A stretch of 61,826 nucleotides of DNA from positions 1-61,826 of the forward strand of contig CAZPGE010000006.1 in assembly GCA_964586255.1 (NCBI GenBank), in the 5' to 3' direction. Positions 38,699-49,255 of the stretch are shown piece by piece. The notes beneath the pieces were generated by a model. It did no database searches. It worked only from the letters and a program-made list of their open reading frames with translations, and was not told the origin of the DNA. This DNA comes from an uncultured Candidatus Saccharibacteria bacterium. GTDB taxonomy: Bacteria > Patescibacteriota > Minisyncoccia > Phycocordibacterales > UBA2100. The translations under genes and the position numbers were made by a program. The first letter of the stretch is position 1, and every line of letters starts with the position of its first letter.

Positions 38699-39121
38699 TT
38701 ATTCACCCTGTACCTCCCAATTGGTGATTTTTCGCTTTAATTGTTCGTGAAGGGGAATATTCAGGCGAAAGGTGTCGCTCTCATAATTCTCGCCACCGCG
38801 GGGCCCGTTTACAAAGCTCAAAAAGGCACATTTTTCCAGTGCGATGAATTCATGAGCTTCGCCTTTGTCCCAGCGGGTCACATCATTTTGTTTGACCACG
38901 AATTTCTCAACCTTCTTACTCCCTTGCTTTCGACTGTAGGCCTGCATGCTGCCGAAAAGCATAAAATCGACTTGTCGGGATTTCTTATGGAAGTGATTTC
39001 CTCGGACTGACCCTTTGTTTGAATACACGATAACGCAGTGCTGGTACGGTTCTTTGACAAAAATATCCATTATGGTTCCGCGAGCGTCTTTGAAATCGAT
39101 CTTTCTCTTTTCTCTTTTCAT
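38699..39121 (-). CDS. Cupin (RmlC/WxcM-like NDP-sugar isomerase/epimerase)
   Basis: FKDARG, RGNHFHK and GEAHEF. Confidence 0.75.
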   Translation of the reverse strand: MKREKRKIDFKDARGTIMDIFVKEPYQHCVIVYSNKGSVRGNHFHKKSRQVDFMLFGSMQAYSRKQGSKKVEKFVVKQNDVTRWDKGEAHEFIALEKCAFLSFVNGPRGGENYESDTFRLNIPLHEQLKRKITNWEVQGE

Positions 39122-39125
39122 ATGG

Positions 39126-40331
39126 CTACTCTATAACATGAGGCGTAACGAATCTCAAATGAGGGAATTTTGGAGAAATTTTGCTTTTCAAGAAATCTGC
39201 GATATTCCAGGCGAGAATGAGAGCGTGAGTAACTTCTTCGTTTATGGCGTCGTCAGAACGAATCGGAAGGTGCGAGCCAGGAGTATATTTGCCTATTTTC
39301 AGAGGGGATGCGTCGGTGGCGAAATCAATCAGTGTGGTGTCTATTCCGCAGTAATTGAGGAGTGTATTTCCTTTGGCAGCTGCACCGATTGCAACGATTT
39401 TCCCGCCTCCTGACCGAGCCTCCACCAATTCTTTCAGCAAATGTATCTTGCAGTCCCTGACGCTTGCTGCGAATTTCTTCCACGTATCTACATCGTAGAG
39501 TCCCGACTCTTCTTCGAGGGCTATCTGCTTTTCGACGAGTGGACTTTCTTCACCATATCCGACGAAGATTCGAATCGATCCGCTCATGTAGTCATTTTCC
39601 TCAAGATGGGTTATGGATAGGCCGAATTTCTTGAAGAAGGGTACCAGAGGCTTCACCGCAATGTACGAGACATGCTCGAGGTATACCACATCGAAATGTT
39701 TCTTCTTGATGATCTCTCGGAAGTACGGGAGTTCAATGACAAAACTGCCGCTTTTGTCCAAAATTGAGACCACGGCATTCATGAACTCATCAAGCGGGGA
39801 AATGTGGTTGAAGGCATTCGTTATCGTTATTGCTTTTGCACGACCTTTTTCCAAGATCTTTTTTGCAGACGAATCATTGAAAAAATCATTGATGGTCGGA
39901 ATCCCATTCTTCTCAGCAAGGGCGACGATGTTGGGAGCCGGGTCGACTCCCTGGATTGCTGCTCCAAGATCTCTGAATGCACCGAGGAGCGTGCCGATGT
40001 TGCTGCCGATATCTACCACTAGATCACCCTTCTGCACCCCTGCACGCTCACTCACCTCCTTCGCCATGTCTGTGAAGTGTTTTACGGAGATTTTGGAATT
40101 ACCGGAGTCGTAGCTGTAGTCGTTCTCCTGGTAGCGTACTTCTGCGGGTACGACGAAGCTGTTCATGCCGTGTCCGCACTGTTGACAGAGAAGGACCGAA
40201 AGAGGATAGCGTCTCTCCGCTTCTTGAAGCTGGTCTTCTTTGAGAAAGAAATCCGCTAGAGGATGGAATCCAAGGTCGAGCACGCTTTTAAGCTCGTCAG
40301 AACCGCACAAAAGACAGCTGGTTACTTTCAT
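39126..40331 (-). CDS. Second NDP-hexose C-methyltransferase
   Basis: CLLC..LDLG..CQQCG, VDIGSNIG, YLEHV and GAAAKGNTLLNYCGI. Confidence 0.88.
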   Translation of the reverse strand: MKVTSCLLCGSDELKSVLDLGFHPLADFFLKEDQLQEAERRYPLSVLLCQQCGHGMNSFVVPAEVRYQENDYSYDSGNSKISVKHFTDMAKEVSERAGVQKGDLVVDIGSNIGTLLGAFRDLGAAIQGVDPAPNIVALAEKNGIPTINDFFNDSSAKKILEKGRAKAITITNAFNHISPLDEFMNAVVSILDKSGSFVIELPYFREIIKKKHFDVVYLEHVSYIAVKPLVPFFKKFGLSITHLEENDYMSGSIRIFVGYGEESPLVEKQIALEEESGLYDVDTWKKFAASVRDCKIHLLKELVEARSGGGKIVAIGAAAKGNTLLNYCGIDTTLIDFATDASPLKIGKYTPGSHLPIRSDDAINEEVTHALILAWNIADFLKSKISPKFPHLRFVTPHVIE

Positions 40332-40717
40332 AGCGAGATCTTATCATCCATGAAGGGACCATCTTTGAATGCGTATACGAGCGCATCCTCAGTGAATCGC
40401 ACTTCATGCCAGCCCCTCAAGATGAGCAAACATTGCCCGGGCGTGACATCCATCTTTTCAATAAGGTCTCCTTTTTCGTCAAAAATACTAGCCTCGATCG
40501 CACCTGTCATGACTACGAGGGCTTCTTGAGGTTGCTGAGTGGTTTTCACGAGCTTCTTATGGGAGTGCTTAGCGACCACATGGCCTTTCTTGCGGTTCAT
40601 CAGGAGAAGTTGGATGGTCGCTGCGGGATCCGTGGCAGGGAACGAGCCCTCTTTAATCGACGCAAGATCTACGTGAATTGCATAGACCTCTTCTCCTGAT
40701 TTAATTTCAGTTGTCAT
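40328..40717 (-). CDS. Cupin-fold protein (WbuC-like)
   Basis: KHSH..QEALVVMTG, GWHEV and K.GPF. Start placed at ATG 40717. Confidence 0.65.
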   Translation of the reverse strand: MTTEIKSGEEVYAIHVDLASIKEGSFPATDPAATIQLLLMNRKKGHVVAKHSHKKLVKTTQQPQEALVVMTGAIEASIFDEKGDLIEKMDVTPGQCLLILRGWHEVRFTEDALVYAFKDGPFMDDKISL

Positions 40718-41675
40718 TGGGGTGCGCGAGGTCGTAATCGAGCATTGCCCGGACAATCTCGTGGAACTTCATTTTCGGTTTCCACCCGAGCTTTTCAATC
40801 TTCGACGCATCTCCGAGAAGGAGGGGCACTTCGTTAGGGCGTTTGTACTTGTCGTCTATTTTGACGAATTTGTCCGAATCAAGACCCACGTACGAGAATG
40901 CTTCTTCGAGGAACTCCCGTATCGTATGAGTTTCTCCGGTCGCGACAACATATACGTCCGGCTTCTCTTGCTGCATTATCAGATATATCGCTTCTACGAA
41001 CTCGGGAGACCATCCCCAGTCGCGTTTCGCATCAAGGTTGCCCAGTACGAGTGAGTCTTGTAGACCCAGCTTAATCCTCGCGACCGCTTTGCTGATCTTT
41101 TTGGTGACGAATGTGCCTCCTCTCCTTGGACTCTCGTGATTGAAGAGAATACCCGTCGTAGCGAACATTCCGTAGCCGTCTCTGTACTGCCTCGTGAGGT
41201 GATAAGCCGCTAGTTTCGCGACCCCGTACGGACTCTGGGGCATCATCGGAGTATTCTCATTGTATGGCGCTGGTGCACCCGGGACACCGAACATCTCCGA
41301 CGACGATGCTTGGTAGAACCTCGTCTTAGGAGATATTTTGCGGAGCGATTCTAGGACATTGAGCACGCCGATCGTATTGGTCTCGAGCGTGTACTGAGGT
41401 ACTTCAAAAGACACCTTTACGTGTGACATTGCTCCAAGATTATAGAATTCATCAGGCTTCACTTCCGAAATGATGCCGGAGATGGATGGGCTATCGGTAA
41501 GATCGGCGTGGTAGGTATGGAAATGCGGATCTGAGTGAAGGTGGTCAATGCGTCCCGATGCAAAGGAAGAAAGTCGGCGCATAAGGCCGTGCACCTCGTA
41601 TCCTTTTGAGAGCAGGAGCTCAGCTAAATAAGAGCCGTCTTGGCCAGTTACCCCGCTGATAATTGCTTTTTTCAT
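40707..41675 (-). CDS. gmd: GDP-mannose 4,6-dehydratase (copy 1)
   Basis: [56 protein letters not shown] and [11 protein letters not shown]. Confidence 0.95.
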   Translation of the reverse strand: MKKAIISGVTGQDGSYLAELLLSKGYEVHGLMRRLSSFASGRIDHLHSDPHFHTYHADLTDSPSISGIISEVKPDEFYNLGAMSHVKVSFEVPQYTLETNTIGVLNVLESLRKISPKTRFYQASSSEMFGVPGAPAPYNENTPMMPQSPYGVAKLAAYHLTRQYRDGYGMFATTGILFNHESPRRGGTFVTKKISKAVARIKLGLQDSLVLGNLDAKRDWGWSPEFVEAIYLIMQQEKPDVYVVATGETHTIREFLEEAFSYVGLDSDKFVKIDDKYKRPNEVPLLLGDASKIEKLGWKPKMKFHEIVRAMLDYDLAHPNDN

Positions 41676-41848
41676 ATAGGAACCGCCAATATATCACATA
41701 TCGGCAAATTTTTAACCCGCCAATAAATTCATTGTGATGTCTGTATTCATCATAGAAAGCTACTTTCTTTGGAGGAATCTCCAAGAAGAAAGCAATACTA
41801 GCAGACTGCTATTCTCCGGACAAGCTATCTCTGCTATCATACAAAATC

Positions 41849-42538
41849 ATGCGTTCGGTCGCTGTTGTGGGTTCACAAGGATACGTAGGGAGTGTTATCT
41901 ATGAACGGCTTCTTCGCTCTTCAGAATACGTTCCAGAAGGGGTTACAAGAGAAAACTACGCACTCAAGAAGGAGAAGGATTTTGACATACTCATCAATTG
42001 CGCGATGCCATCTGGGAAGTTCTTGGCCAACAGTAATCCCGAGATTGATTTTAAAGAAACAGTAGAGAAAACAGCGAATCTTTTATATGGATGGAAATTT
42101 AAGAAATTCGTCCAAGTAAGCACTATATCAGCGCGCTGTCAGATTGATACTGTGTATGGCCGCCACAAAGCTGCAGCAGAGAAGTTATGTGATTTTGGCG
42201 GCAATCTCATTGTCCGCCTCGGGGCACTCTATGGCGCGGAAATGAAAAAAGGCGTGCTTGTTGACATGATGCAAGACAAGAAGGTTTACGCAAACGCAGC
42301 AAGCCGCTACTCTTTTATTTCTGTATCCTTTTGCGCAGATTGGGTAGTGTCGAACCTTGATCAGGAGGGCACTGTAGAGATTGGGGGAAAGAACGCGATT
42401 GCTTTGAAAGATGTAGCAGAGCATATAGGGGCGAATGTGGAGTTTGAAGGAGCTATTCATCATCTTGATATAGAAAGTACGGAGGAGCTCCCGGAAGCAA
42501 GCGACGTCCTGTGTTTCCTTGATACGTTGAAAGAATGA
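41849..42538 (+). CDS. Short NAD-dependent epimerase/dehydratase-like protein
   Basis: VVGSQGYVG and YGRHK (YxxxK); AT-rich coding sequence. Confidence 0.7.
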   Translation: MRSVAVVGSQGYVGSVIYERLLRSSEYVPEGVTRENYALKKEKDFDILINCAMPSGKFLANSNPEIDFKETVEKTANLLYGWKFKKFVQVSTISARCQIDTVYGRHKAAAEKLCDFGGNLIVRLGALYGAEMKKGVLVDMMQDKKVYANAASRYSFISVSFCADWVVSNLDQEGTVEIGGKNAIALKDVAEHIGANVEFEGAIHHLDIESTEELPEASDVLCFLDTLKE

Positions 42539-42567
42539 CACGGCATTGCTGCTCGTGTTGCTCGGGG

Positions 42568-43569
42568 CTATTGGAGAGGATTAAGGAATATAGCTCTGAA
42601 GTTTTTAAATAATAGACGCACAACTCGTTCTGCTCGAGCTTGTGTTCTTACAAATCTGCGGGAAAGATACCAAAAGAAAAAGCGTTTTGCTGCTTGCAGG
42701 CGAATGTAGTTTCTTTTGAGGAATGGATCGCGGGTAATGTAATCAATATCTTTCTCCCTTATAATTCTCTTCTCGACCACTCTTCCTGTCCTGGTTAAAA
42801 AGTCGTTGTGGCGTAAGAAGAATAGCCGAGCATTTCTCTGGATTGTTGAGTGTGCCGACATGACGCCAGGAGCCGTTCTTGTTTTCCCCCAGCTGATGTC
42901 AGAGCGATAGTTAATCCAAAAAGCCCCAGACTTCATTCCGTGGAGCATCTTTGCCCGCAGTACAACGTCTGCGTCATCGAATTGTCCGGGGGCAAACAGC
43001 TCGTCGAGATACCCAATTTTCTTTAGGATGTCAGTTCGAAATGCAATAGGTCCTCGATTGATCATGTTACGAATCGCAAATGTATTTCGCGGGAGAGACA
43101 AAAACTCTCGCGCTGCATAATCAGAGTAACGGGGGGTGCCTTCGCTATCTCCTTGTTCTACATTAAGCGCCGTTCTGCTCGAAACGGCAAAGATGTCATC
43201 GAAAGCGCGAAGAGGGTACGTAAAGCGCCGTTCCCATCCTTTTTCTTCGATAACGACATCGTCCTGGAGGGTGATGAGATACTCCTCTTGCGCAAGCCGG
43301 AATCCGATATTATTGGCTCTGAGCTCGTAGACATTTTCTGCAGTCGTGATGATGAGGTTTTTAAGAAGAGCGGCCTTGGTATCCTTAAGAAACTGTTCGC
43401 TGATCCTTTGAGATGCATCAGTGCACCCATCGAAAACCAAAATCAAGTTAAATGGCGTGGTGGTGTTATTCAAGATTCCCGCCAGGACTCTAGGAATAAG
43501 TTTCTCTTGATTGTGTATACTGATGACAATATCAAGAGCAGTGAGAGGTTTTAGATTTGTAGACGTCAT
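42568..43569 (-). CDS. Glycosyltransferase family 2
   Basis: [27 protein letters not shown] and DDAD. Confidence 0.82.
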   Translation of the reverse strand: MTSTNLKPLTALDIVISIHNQEKLIPRVLAGILNNTTTPFNLILVFDGCTDASQRISEQFLKDTKAALLKNLIITTAENVYELRANNIGFRLAQEEYLITLQDDVVIEEKGWERRFTYPLRAFDDIFAVSSRTALNVEQGDSEGTPRYSDYAAREFLSLPRNTFAIRNMINRGPIAFRTDILKKIGYLDELFAPGQFDDADVVLRAKMLHGMKSGAFWINYRSDISWGKTRTAPGVMSAHSTIQRNARLFFLRHNDFLTRTGRVVEKRIIREKDIDYITRDPFLKRNYIRLQAAKRFFFWYLSRRFVRTQARAERVVRLLFKNFRAIFLNPLQ

Positions 43570-44501
43570 GCGCTTTTAAACGAATCTTTGAACCATACGT
43601 ACGTACTCGCTAGTCCTTGCTCTAGCGGAATTGTGTGTTTCCAACCGAGTGCGTGAATCTTGCTCACATCGAGGAGTTTTTGCGGCGTACCGTCGGGTTT
43701 TGAAGTGTCCCAAACGATTTCTCCAGAATACCCGACCACTGACCGTACCATATCAGCGAGTTCTTTGATGTTTACATCTTCGCCCGTACCGATATTGATG
43801 ATAGAGGGGTAGTTGTACGTTTCCATGAGGAAGACACAGGCACCTGCCAGATCGTCTGCGTGCATGAATTCCCGCCTGGCTGAACCGGAGCCCCACACTA
43901 CGACCTCGGCCGCGCCCTTCCCTTTCGCCTCGTGGAAACGTCGCATCAGTGCGGGAAGGACGTGCGAACGCTCGGGAGAGAAATTGTCGTTCGGGCCATA
44001 GAGATTCGTCGGCATGACGCTGATGAAATTCGAGCCGTACTGTCGGCGATATGCCTGACACATCTCGATGCCAGCGATTTTCGCTATGGCGTATGCGCTG
44101 TTCGTCTCCTCAAGCGGTCCCGACATCAAGTACTCCTCTTTGATAGGCTGCGGCGCCATCTTTGGATAGATGCATGAGCTTCCTAGGAAGAGAAGTTTCT
44201 TTACGCCAGAGAGATGCGCCTGATGCAGAACATTGGTCTGAACGATGATATTTTCACGGAAGAAATCCGCTGGGTACGTATTGTTGGCGAGAATGCCGCC
44301 AACACGAGCAGCTGCGAGAAAGACATACTCGGGTTTCTCGGTCTCGAAAAAGGCTCGAACCGCTTCCGAATCCATAAGCTCGAGCTCATCGTGCGTGCGC
44401 GAGACTATGTTTTTGTAGCCATGCTTTTGCAATTCGCGCATGATCGCGGAGCCCGCGAGACCGCGATGGCCGGCGACATATATCTTCGCGTCTCTATCCA
44501 T
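43566..44501 (-). CDS. fcl: GDP-L-fucose synthase
   Basis: [59 protein letters not shown] and KPDGTP. Confidence 0.95.
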   Translation of the reverse strand: MDRDAKIYVAGHRGLAGSAIMRELQKHGYKNIVSRTHDELELMDSEAVRAFFETEKPEYVFLAAARVGGILANNTYPADFFRENIIVQTNVLHQAHLSGVKKLLFLGSSCIYPKMAPQPIKEEYLMSGPLEETNSAYAIAKIAGIEMCQAYRRQYGSNFISVMPTNLYGPNDNFSPERSHVLPALMRRFHEAKGKGAAEVVVWGSGSARREFMHADDLAGACVFLMETYNYPSIINIGTGEDVNIKELADMVRSVVGYSGEIVWDTSKPDGTPQKLLDVSKIHALGWKHTIPLEQGLASTYVWFKDSFKSA

Positions 44502-44508
44502 ATGGGCA

Positions 44509-44982
44509 TTAGAGGACCTTTTTCAGACCCTCGATTCGAGTTCTTACGTTCGGATGAATCGAGTCATCATCAAGGTCGAACCATTTCGTTTTGCTGTGTT
44601 GCTCATCGAGCACGATCGATGCGCTGTCGATGACACAATAGAAGTATATATCCACCGCATGATAGTTCACGCCCTCAAAGATTGATGTTTCGTTTATTTC
44701 GTTTATCGCGCCCACATAGGTGAGTGCGGACGGATCGACTGAGATCCCGATCTCTTCTTTGGTGATACGTATTGCCGCCTGTATGAAATCTTCGTTTTTG
44801 TACATACGACTTCCGAAGCTATAGTATTCACCCTTGTATGGTTCATTTTCACGAAGTCCGAGCAGGATGTGCTTCTTTTGAGCGTCCAGAAACAAAATAT
44901 CAACAGTGACGATGGGGGAGTCTTCCATTCCCTGTCGGTACCGATCTGTGGGGAGTTTCCCGCCGATGGGTAGGTTGCTCAT
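44509..44982 (-). CDS. GDP-mannose mannosyl hydrolase-like NUDIX (Gmm/WcaH-like)
   Basis: [34 protein letters not shown]; lies between gmd and fcl. Start placed at ATG 44982. Confidence 0.8.
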   Translation of the reverse strand: MSNLPIGGKLPTDRYRQGMEDSPIVTVDILFLDAQKKHILLGLRENEPYKGEYYSFGSRMYKNEDFIQAAIRITKEEIGISVDPSALTYVGAINEINETSIFEGVNYHAVDIYFYCVIDSASIVLDEQHSKTKWFDLDDDSIHPNVRTRIEGLKKVL

Positions 44983-46019
44983 GCGGGCTCGTTCTCCAGC
45001 GCACCAAGATCTGCTTCCACCATCAGTTTGATGAGCTCTTTGAATGTCACTTTCGGCTCCCAGCCAAGCTCTTTCTTCGCTTTCGACGCATCGCCAAGCA
45101 GCAGGTCGACCTCTGCGGGTCGGTAATAGTGTGGGTCGATCTCTACGAGTACTTTTCCGGTCTTTTTGTCTACGCCTCGTTCTTTCGCGCCTTTTCCCTT
45201 CCATATGATATCGAAACCAAGAATACGCCCTGCTTCCTCCACGAGTTCGCGTACGGAATGCATCTCGCCCGTCGCGAGGACGTAATCGTCGGGCTTGTCC
45301 TGCTGGAGCATGAGCCACATACCTTCGACATACTCTTTTGCATACCCCCAGTCGCGCTTCGCATCGAGATTTCCGAGATAGAGCTTCTCTTGCTTGCCGA
45401 GCTTAATCCGCGCCATGCCGGCCGTCACCTTGCGCGTGACAAAGGTCTCACCGCGGCGTGGGGATTCATGGTTGAAAAGGATGCCGTTGACGGCAAACAA
45501 CCCGTAGCTCTCGCGGTAGTTTTTTGCTATCCAAAATCCGAAGACTTTGGCGCACCCATAGGGCGAGCGGGGGTGGAACGGTGTTTTCTCGCTTTGCGGC
45601 GTCTCGGCGACTTTTCCAAACATTTCCGATGACGAGGCTTGGTAGAAACGTGTCTTTATACCTGTCTCTCGTATCGCGTCGAGCATACGCAACGTGCCGA
45701 GCGCATCCACATCCGCCGTGTATTCGGGAATATCGAAGCTCACGCGGACGTGGCTCTGCGCGCCAAGATGATAAATCTCATCGGGACGGACCTTTTCGAG
45801 GATGCGGTTCAGACTGCTCGTGTCAGAGAGGTCACCATAATGCAGTCGTAGCCGGACGTTCTTTTCGTGCGGGTCCTGCAAAATGTGTTCTATACGGCCC
45901 GTGTTAAAGCTGCTCGAACGCCGGATGATGCCGTGTACCTCGTATCCCTTTTCAAGCAAGAGTTCGGCGAGGTATGAGCCGTCTTGGCCTGTAATGCCGG
46001 TAATGAGCGCTTTTTTCAT
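44979..46019 (-). CDS. gmd: GDP-mannose 4,6-dehydratase (copy 2)
   Basis: [49 protein letters not shown] and [13 protein letters not shown]. Confidence 0.96.
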   Translation of the reverse strand: MKKALITGITGQDGSYLAELLLEKGYEVHGIIRRSSSFNTGRIEHILQDPHEKNVRLRLHYGDLSDTSSLNRILEKVRPDEIYHLGAQSHVRVSFDIPEYTADVDALGTLRMLDAIRETGIKTRFYQASSSEMFGKVAETPQSEKTPFHPRSPYGCAKVFGFWIAKNYRESYGLFAVNGILFNHESPRRGETFVTRKVTAGMARIKLGKQEKLYLGNLDAKRDWGYAKEYVEGMWLMLQQDKPDDYVLATGEMHSVRELVEEAGRILGFDIIWKGKGAKERGVDKKTGKVLVEIDPHYYRPAEVDLLLGDASKAKKELGWEPKVTFKELIKLMVEADLGALENEPA

Positions 46020-46108
46020 AGGGTCTTTTTTGTGCATGGTATCCCCGCACACCCTCTTTCGCAAGGAAACTGTTGCAACAGAGAGGTCTCGCGTGCATAC
46101 TGCACCCC

Positions 46109-46939
46109 ATGAAAAAGGGTGCGGCGAAGAAAAGCGCAAACAACGGCCCGCGATGGGTTGCAGTTTCCGGTGGTTTCGACCCCATCCACATTGGACATGT
46201 TCGGATGTTCAGAGATGCAAGAAAATATGGCGACAGGCTTGTCGTGATAGTCAACAACGACAACTGGCTCGTGAATAAGAAAGGATATGCGTTTATGCCG
46301 GAGACTGAACGCAAAGAGCTCATCGAGTCGCTCCCTTTTGTAGACAAAGTCGTTCTCACCGACCACAAGCGGGGAGAGAGTGACACGAGTGTCATCCGTG
46401 CGCTTCGCGCGGTAAAGCCTCACATCTTCGCCAACGGCGGGGATAGAAAGAAACTTTCGGATATCCCCGAGGCGGCAGTGTGCCAAGAGCTCGGTATCGA
46501 CATGGTCTTCAATATAGGTGCAGGCGGGAAAATACAATCCTCTTCGTGGATGATTCAGAATGCGAGCAGGCCTGTAAAGCGCAGCGTACGTCCGTGGGGG
46601 GAATACTACGGTTGGGACCAGGGCGGTGGCTGGAATCTCAAGACTATATATATAAAGCCGAAGAGCCGCCTGAGTCTGCAGTATCATCATTTCCGTACGG
46701 AGTGTTGGCTGCTCGTAGAGGGCGATGCGGTCGCTACGGTACACGATACGAAAGGTAAGGTGTCTAAGATTGCCCTCAAAAAAGGTGTCACGCAGTGTAT
46801 AGGGAAGAAACAAGTGCACCGGCTCGAATCAAAGAGGGGCGGTGTCGTCGTCGAGGTTGCATATGGTCGCTTCGATGAAGACGACATTGTTCGGCTGGAA
46901 GACGACCACGGCCGCCCCACAAAGCGGGTGCGCTCATGA
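46109..46939 (+). CDS. Fusion: HIGH-type nucleotidyltransferase (RfaE/TagD-like) + type II phosphomannose isomerase cupin
   Basis: [18 protein letters not shown] and GGKIQSSS; then RPWG.Y, LSLQYH, HRLES and EDDIVRLED. Confidence 0.85.
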   Translation: MKKGAAKKSANNGPRWVAVSGGFDPIHIGHVRMFRDARKYGDRLVVIVNNDNWLVNKKGYAFMPETERKELIESLPFVDKVVLTDHKRGESDTSVIRALRAVKPHIFANGGDRKKLSDIPEAAVCQELGIDMVFNIGAGGKIQSSSWMIQNASRPVKRSVRPWGEYYGWDQGGGWNLKTIYIKPKSRLSLQYHHFRTECWLLVEGDAVATVHDTKGKVSKIALKKGVTQCIGKKQVHRLESKRGGVVVEVAYGRFDEDDIVRLEDDHGRPTKRVRS

Positions 46940-46952
46940 TAGAATGCCGACC

Positions 46953-49220
46953 ATGACCGCACTCGAGAAGACGCTCAGATGGATTGCACTTGGCGGTATC
47001 TTTGCCCTCCCTTTTGTAGCCCTCATTGTCTCGTCATCCCTCTTTTTTCCCTACATAACCGGTAAGAACTTTGCGTTTCGCATACTGGTAGAAATAACCA
47101 CTGCGGCCTGGCTTGCTCTTGCAATCGTGAACCCAGCGTATCGACCGCGCCGCTCTCTCGTCCTTGGCGCCCTCGCACTCTTTGTATTCATCATAGGCCT
47201 CGCGGATATTTTTGGTGCGTACGCATTCAAGAGCCTTTGGAGCAACTATGAGCGCATGGACGGGTGGGTGACTATCGCACATCTCCTTGCATATACGATT
47301 GCCGCGTCGGCGATGTTGAATACGGAAAAACTATGGCGATGGCTGTTTTGGACGTCGCTCGGCGTGTCAGCCTACCTCTCTCTCTATGGCCTGTTGCAGG
47401 TTACGGGCAAAGTTGCGCTCGGTCTCGGCGGCGTTACGGGACTTAGTGGCCGAATCGACGGTACGTTTGGCAACCCAATTTACTTTGCCGTGTACATGCT
47501 CTTCCACGTCTTTATTGCTGCCATGCTGCTGGGGCAGCAGTGGGTGGAGAAAGGGCCAGGGAAGCGACTCTATATATCCGTAGCATATGGCTCCGTCATT
47601 GTGCTCGATACGGCCGCCCTCCTTCTCACAGGTACCCGCGGAACGATGCTCGGGCTCATAGGAGGTACTTTGTTGACGGCATTCCTCATGCTGATTCTGG
47701 CTCGAAATTCACGCAACGTGTGGCGTGCCTCCGCTGCGGTCGTAGTAGGTATCGTAGCACTGACAGGTATTTTCATGCTGGTCAAAGACCAGGCCTGGGT
47801 GCAGCGTATCGGATTCTTGCAGCGTCTCGCGAGCATTTCGCTTTCGGACCAAACAACCGAGTCTCGCTTTGTGAACTGGTCTATGGCGTGGGAAGGGGTA
47901 AAGGAGCGACCTTTACTCGGATGGGGACAGGAGAACTATGCACTCGTCTTCGACAAGTACTACGACCCACGCATGTACAAACAGGAGCCGTGGTTTGACC
48001 GTGTGCACAACATTGTCTTCGACTGGCTCGTGGCTGGGGGTTTTATGGGACTCTTCTCATACCTCGCAATCTTTGGAGCGGTGCTCTGGGTTCTTTGGCG
48101 ACCGACCGTCGAGGAAGGAAGTACTGAGGCTAGCAAGCCGTACGTGCGATCGGGCGGTTTTACGATTGCAGAGCGAAGCATCCTCACTGGTCTTCTTGCC
48201 GGGTACTTCGTCCACAATTTCTTTGTGTTCGACAACGTGACGAGCTACATCCTTTTTGGCACCATACTTGCGTTTATTGCACACAGATCGTCCAAGGCGT
48301 CAGGCGCGCCCGCTATTCCAGCTTCGCGCCCCCTATCACAGAATGTCCTCCCCTATGTTGCGGTACTCTGCGCGATAGCACTGCTCTTCGCGGCATGGTC
48401 GGTGAATCAGAAGGCGCTTGCAGCGAATCGGCTCTTGCTCAGTGCACTCAATCCACAGAGCGATGCTTTGATGAAGCTTGACGCTCTTCAAAAGTCTATA
48501 GAACTCGGGACGTATGGCATGCAGGAGGCGAGAGAACAGCTCTCACAGATGGCAGCCACGGCGAGTGGCTCTTCTGGTGTGTCCGACGATGTGAAGAAAA
48601 AGTACTTCGAGACTGCTATCAGCGAGATGCAGATGCAGGCGGCGGCGTCGCCGCTCGATGCGAGATTCCCGCTTTTCATCGGCGTTGTGTACTCAGCTTT
48701 TGGGCAGTATGACAATGCGAAAGTCGCCTATGAAAAAGCGCTTGAGTTGTCGCCGAAAAAACAGTCGATCATGTATTTGCTCGGTGAGAATGCGGGCGTG
48801 AGGGGCGATAGCACCACTGCGCTTTCGTACTACAAGCGAGCGTATGAACTCGAGACATCCAACCGCGAGGCCGCGATGCAATATGCCGCTGCTCTTATTC
48901 GCTTGGGCCAATCAACAGCGGCGGAAGCGCTCATCGCTCCGTATATAGAGAGTGGAAACGCTGCGGACCCACGTATCCTCGCTGCGTATCGCGCGAATAA
49001 TCAAATATCTAGAGCGATTCCAATATGGGAAGCAGGAGTTCGCGCCAATCCCGAAGATGTGCAGGGATACTTCACCTTGGCTGCAATCCACTATCTCTCA
49101 GGCAACTCGGCGAAAGCGATTGCGATACTCGAAGATGTAAAGCGCAAATTACCCGGCGTCGCGGTACAAGCCGATCCAGTGATTGAACAAATACGAGCGG
49201 GCACTGCGGTCGTCCAATAA
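46953..49220 (+). CDS. O-antigen-ligase-like (WaaL/PglL, Wzy_C) membrane protein with C-terminal TPR repeats
   Basis: GTFGNP, LLLTGTRG, ERPLLGWG.EN, DRVHN..D.LV..G; TPR-like YEKALELSPKK. Confidence 0.88.
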   Translation: MTALEKTLRWIALGGIFALPFVALIVSSSLFFPYITGKNFAFRILVEITTAAWLALAIVNPAYRPRRSLVLGALALFVFIIGLADIFGAYAFKSLWSNYERMDGWVTIAHLLAYTIAASAMLNTEKLWRWLFWTSLGVSAYLSLYGLLQVTGKVALGLGGVTGLSGRIDGTFGNPIYFAVYMLFHVFIAAMLLGQQWVEKGPGKRLYISVAYGSVIVLDTAALLLTGTRGTMLGLIGGTLLTAFLMLILARNSRNVWRASAAVVVGIVALTGIFMLVKDQAWVQRIGFLQRLASISLSDQTTESRFVNWSMAWEGVKERPLLGWGQENYALVFDKYYDPRMYKQEPWFDRVHNIVFDWLVAGGFMGLFSYLAIFGAVLWVLWRPTVEEGSTEASKPYVRSGGFTIAERSILTGLLAGYFVHNFFVFDNVTSYILFGTILAFIAHRSSKASGAPAIPASRPLSQNVLPYVAVLCAIALLFAAWSVNQKALAANRLLLSALNPQSDALMKLDALQKSIELGTYGMQEAREQLSQMAATASGSSGVSDDVKKKYFETAISEMQMQAAASPLDARFPLFIGVVYSAFGQYDNAKVAYEKALELSPKKQSIMYLLGENAGVRGDSTTALSYYKRAYELETSNREAAMQYAAALIRLGQSTAAEALIAPYIESGNAADPRILAAYRANNQISRAIPIWEAGVRANPEDVQGYFTLAAIHYLSGNSAKAIAILEDVKRKLPGVAVQADPVIEQIRAGTAVVQ

Positions 49221-49249
49221 TTGCGTTGGTAAAAAGGGTGCGTTACAAT
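49221..49249 (+). promoter_or_regulatory. sigma70-like promoter driving the intergenic RNA
   Basis: TTGCGT-N17-TACAAT; the G at 49256 follows 6 nt later. Confidence 0.75.
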
Positions 49250-49255
49250 ACGCTC

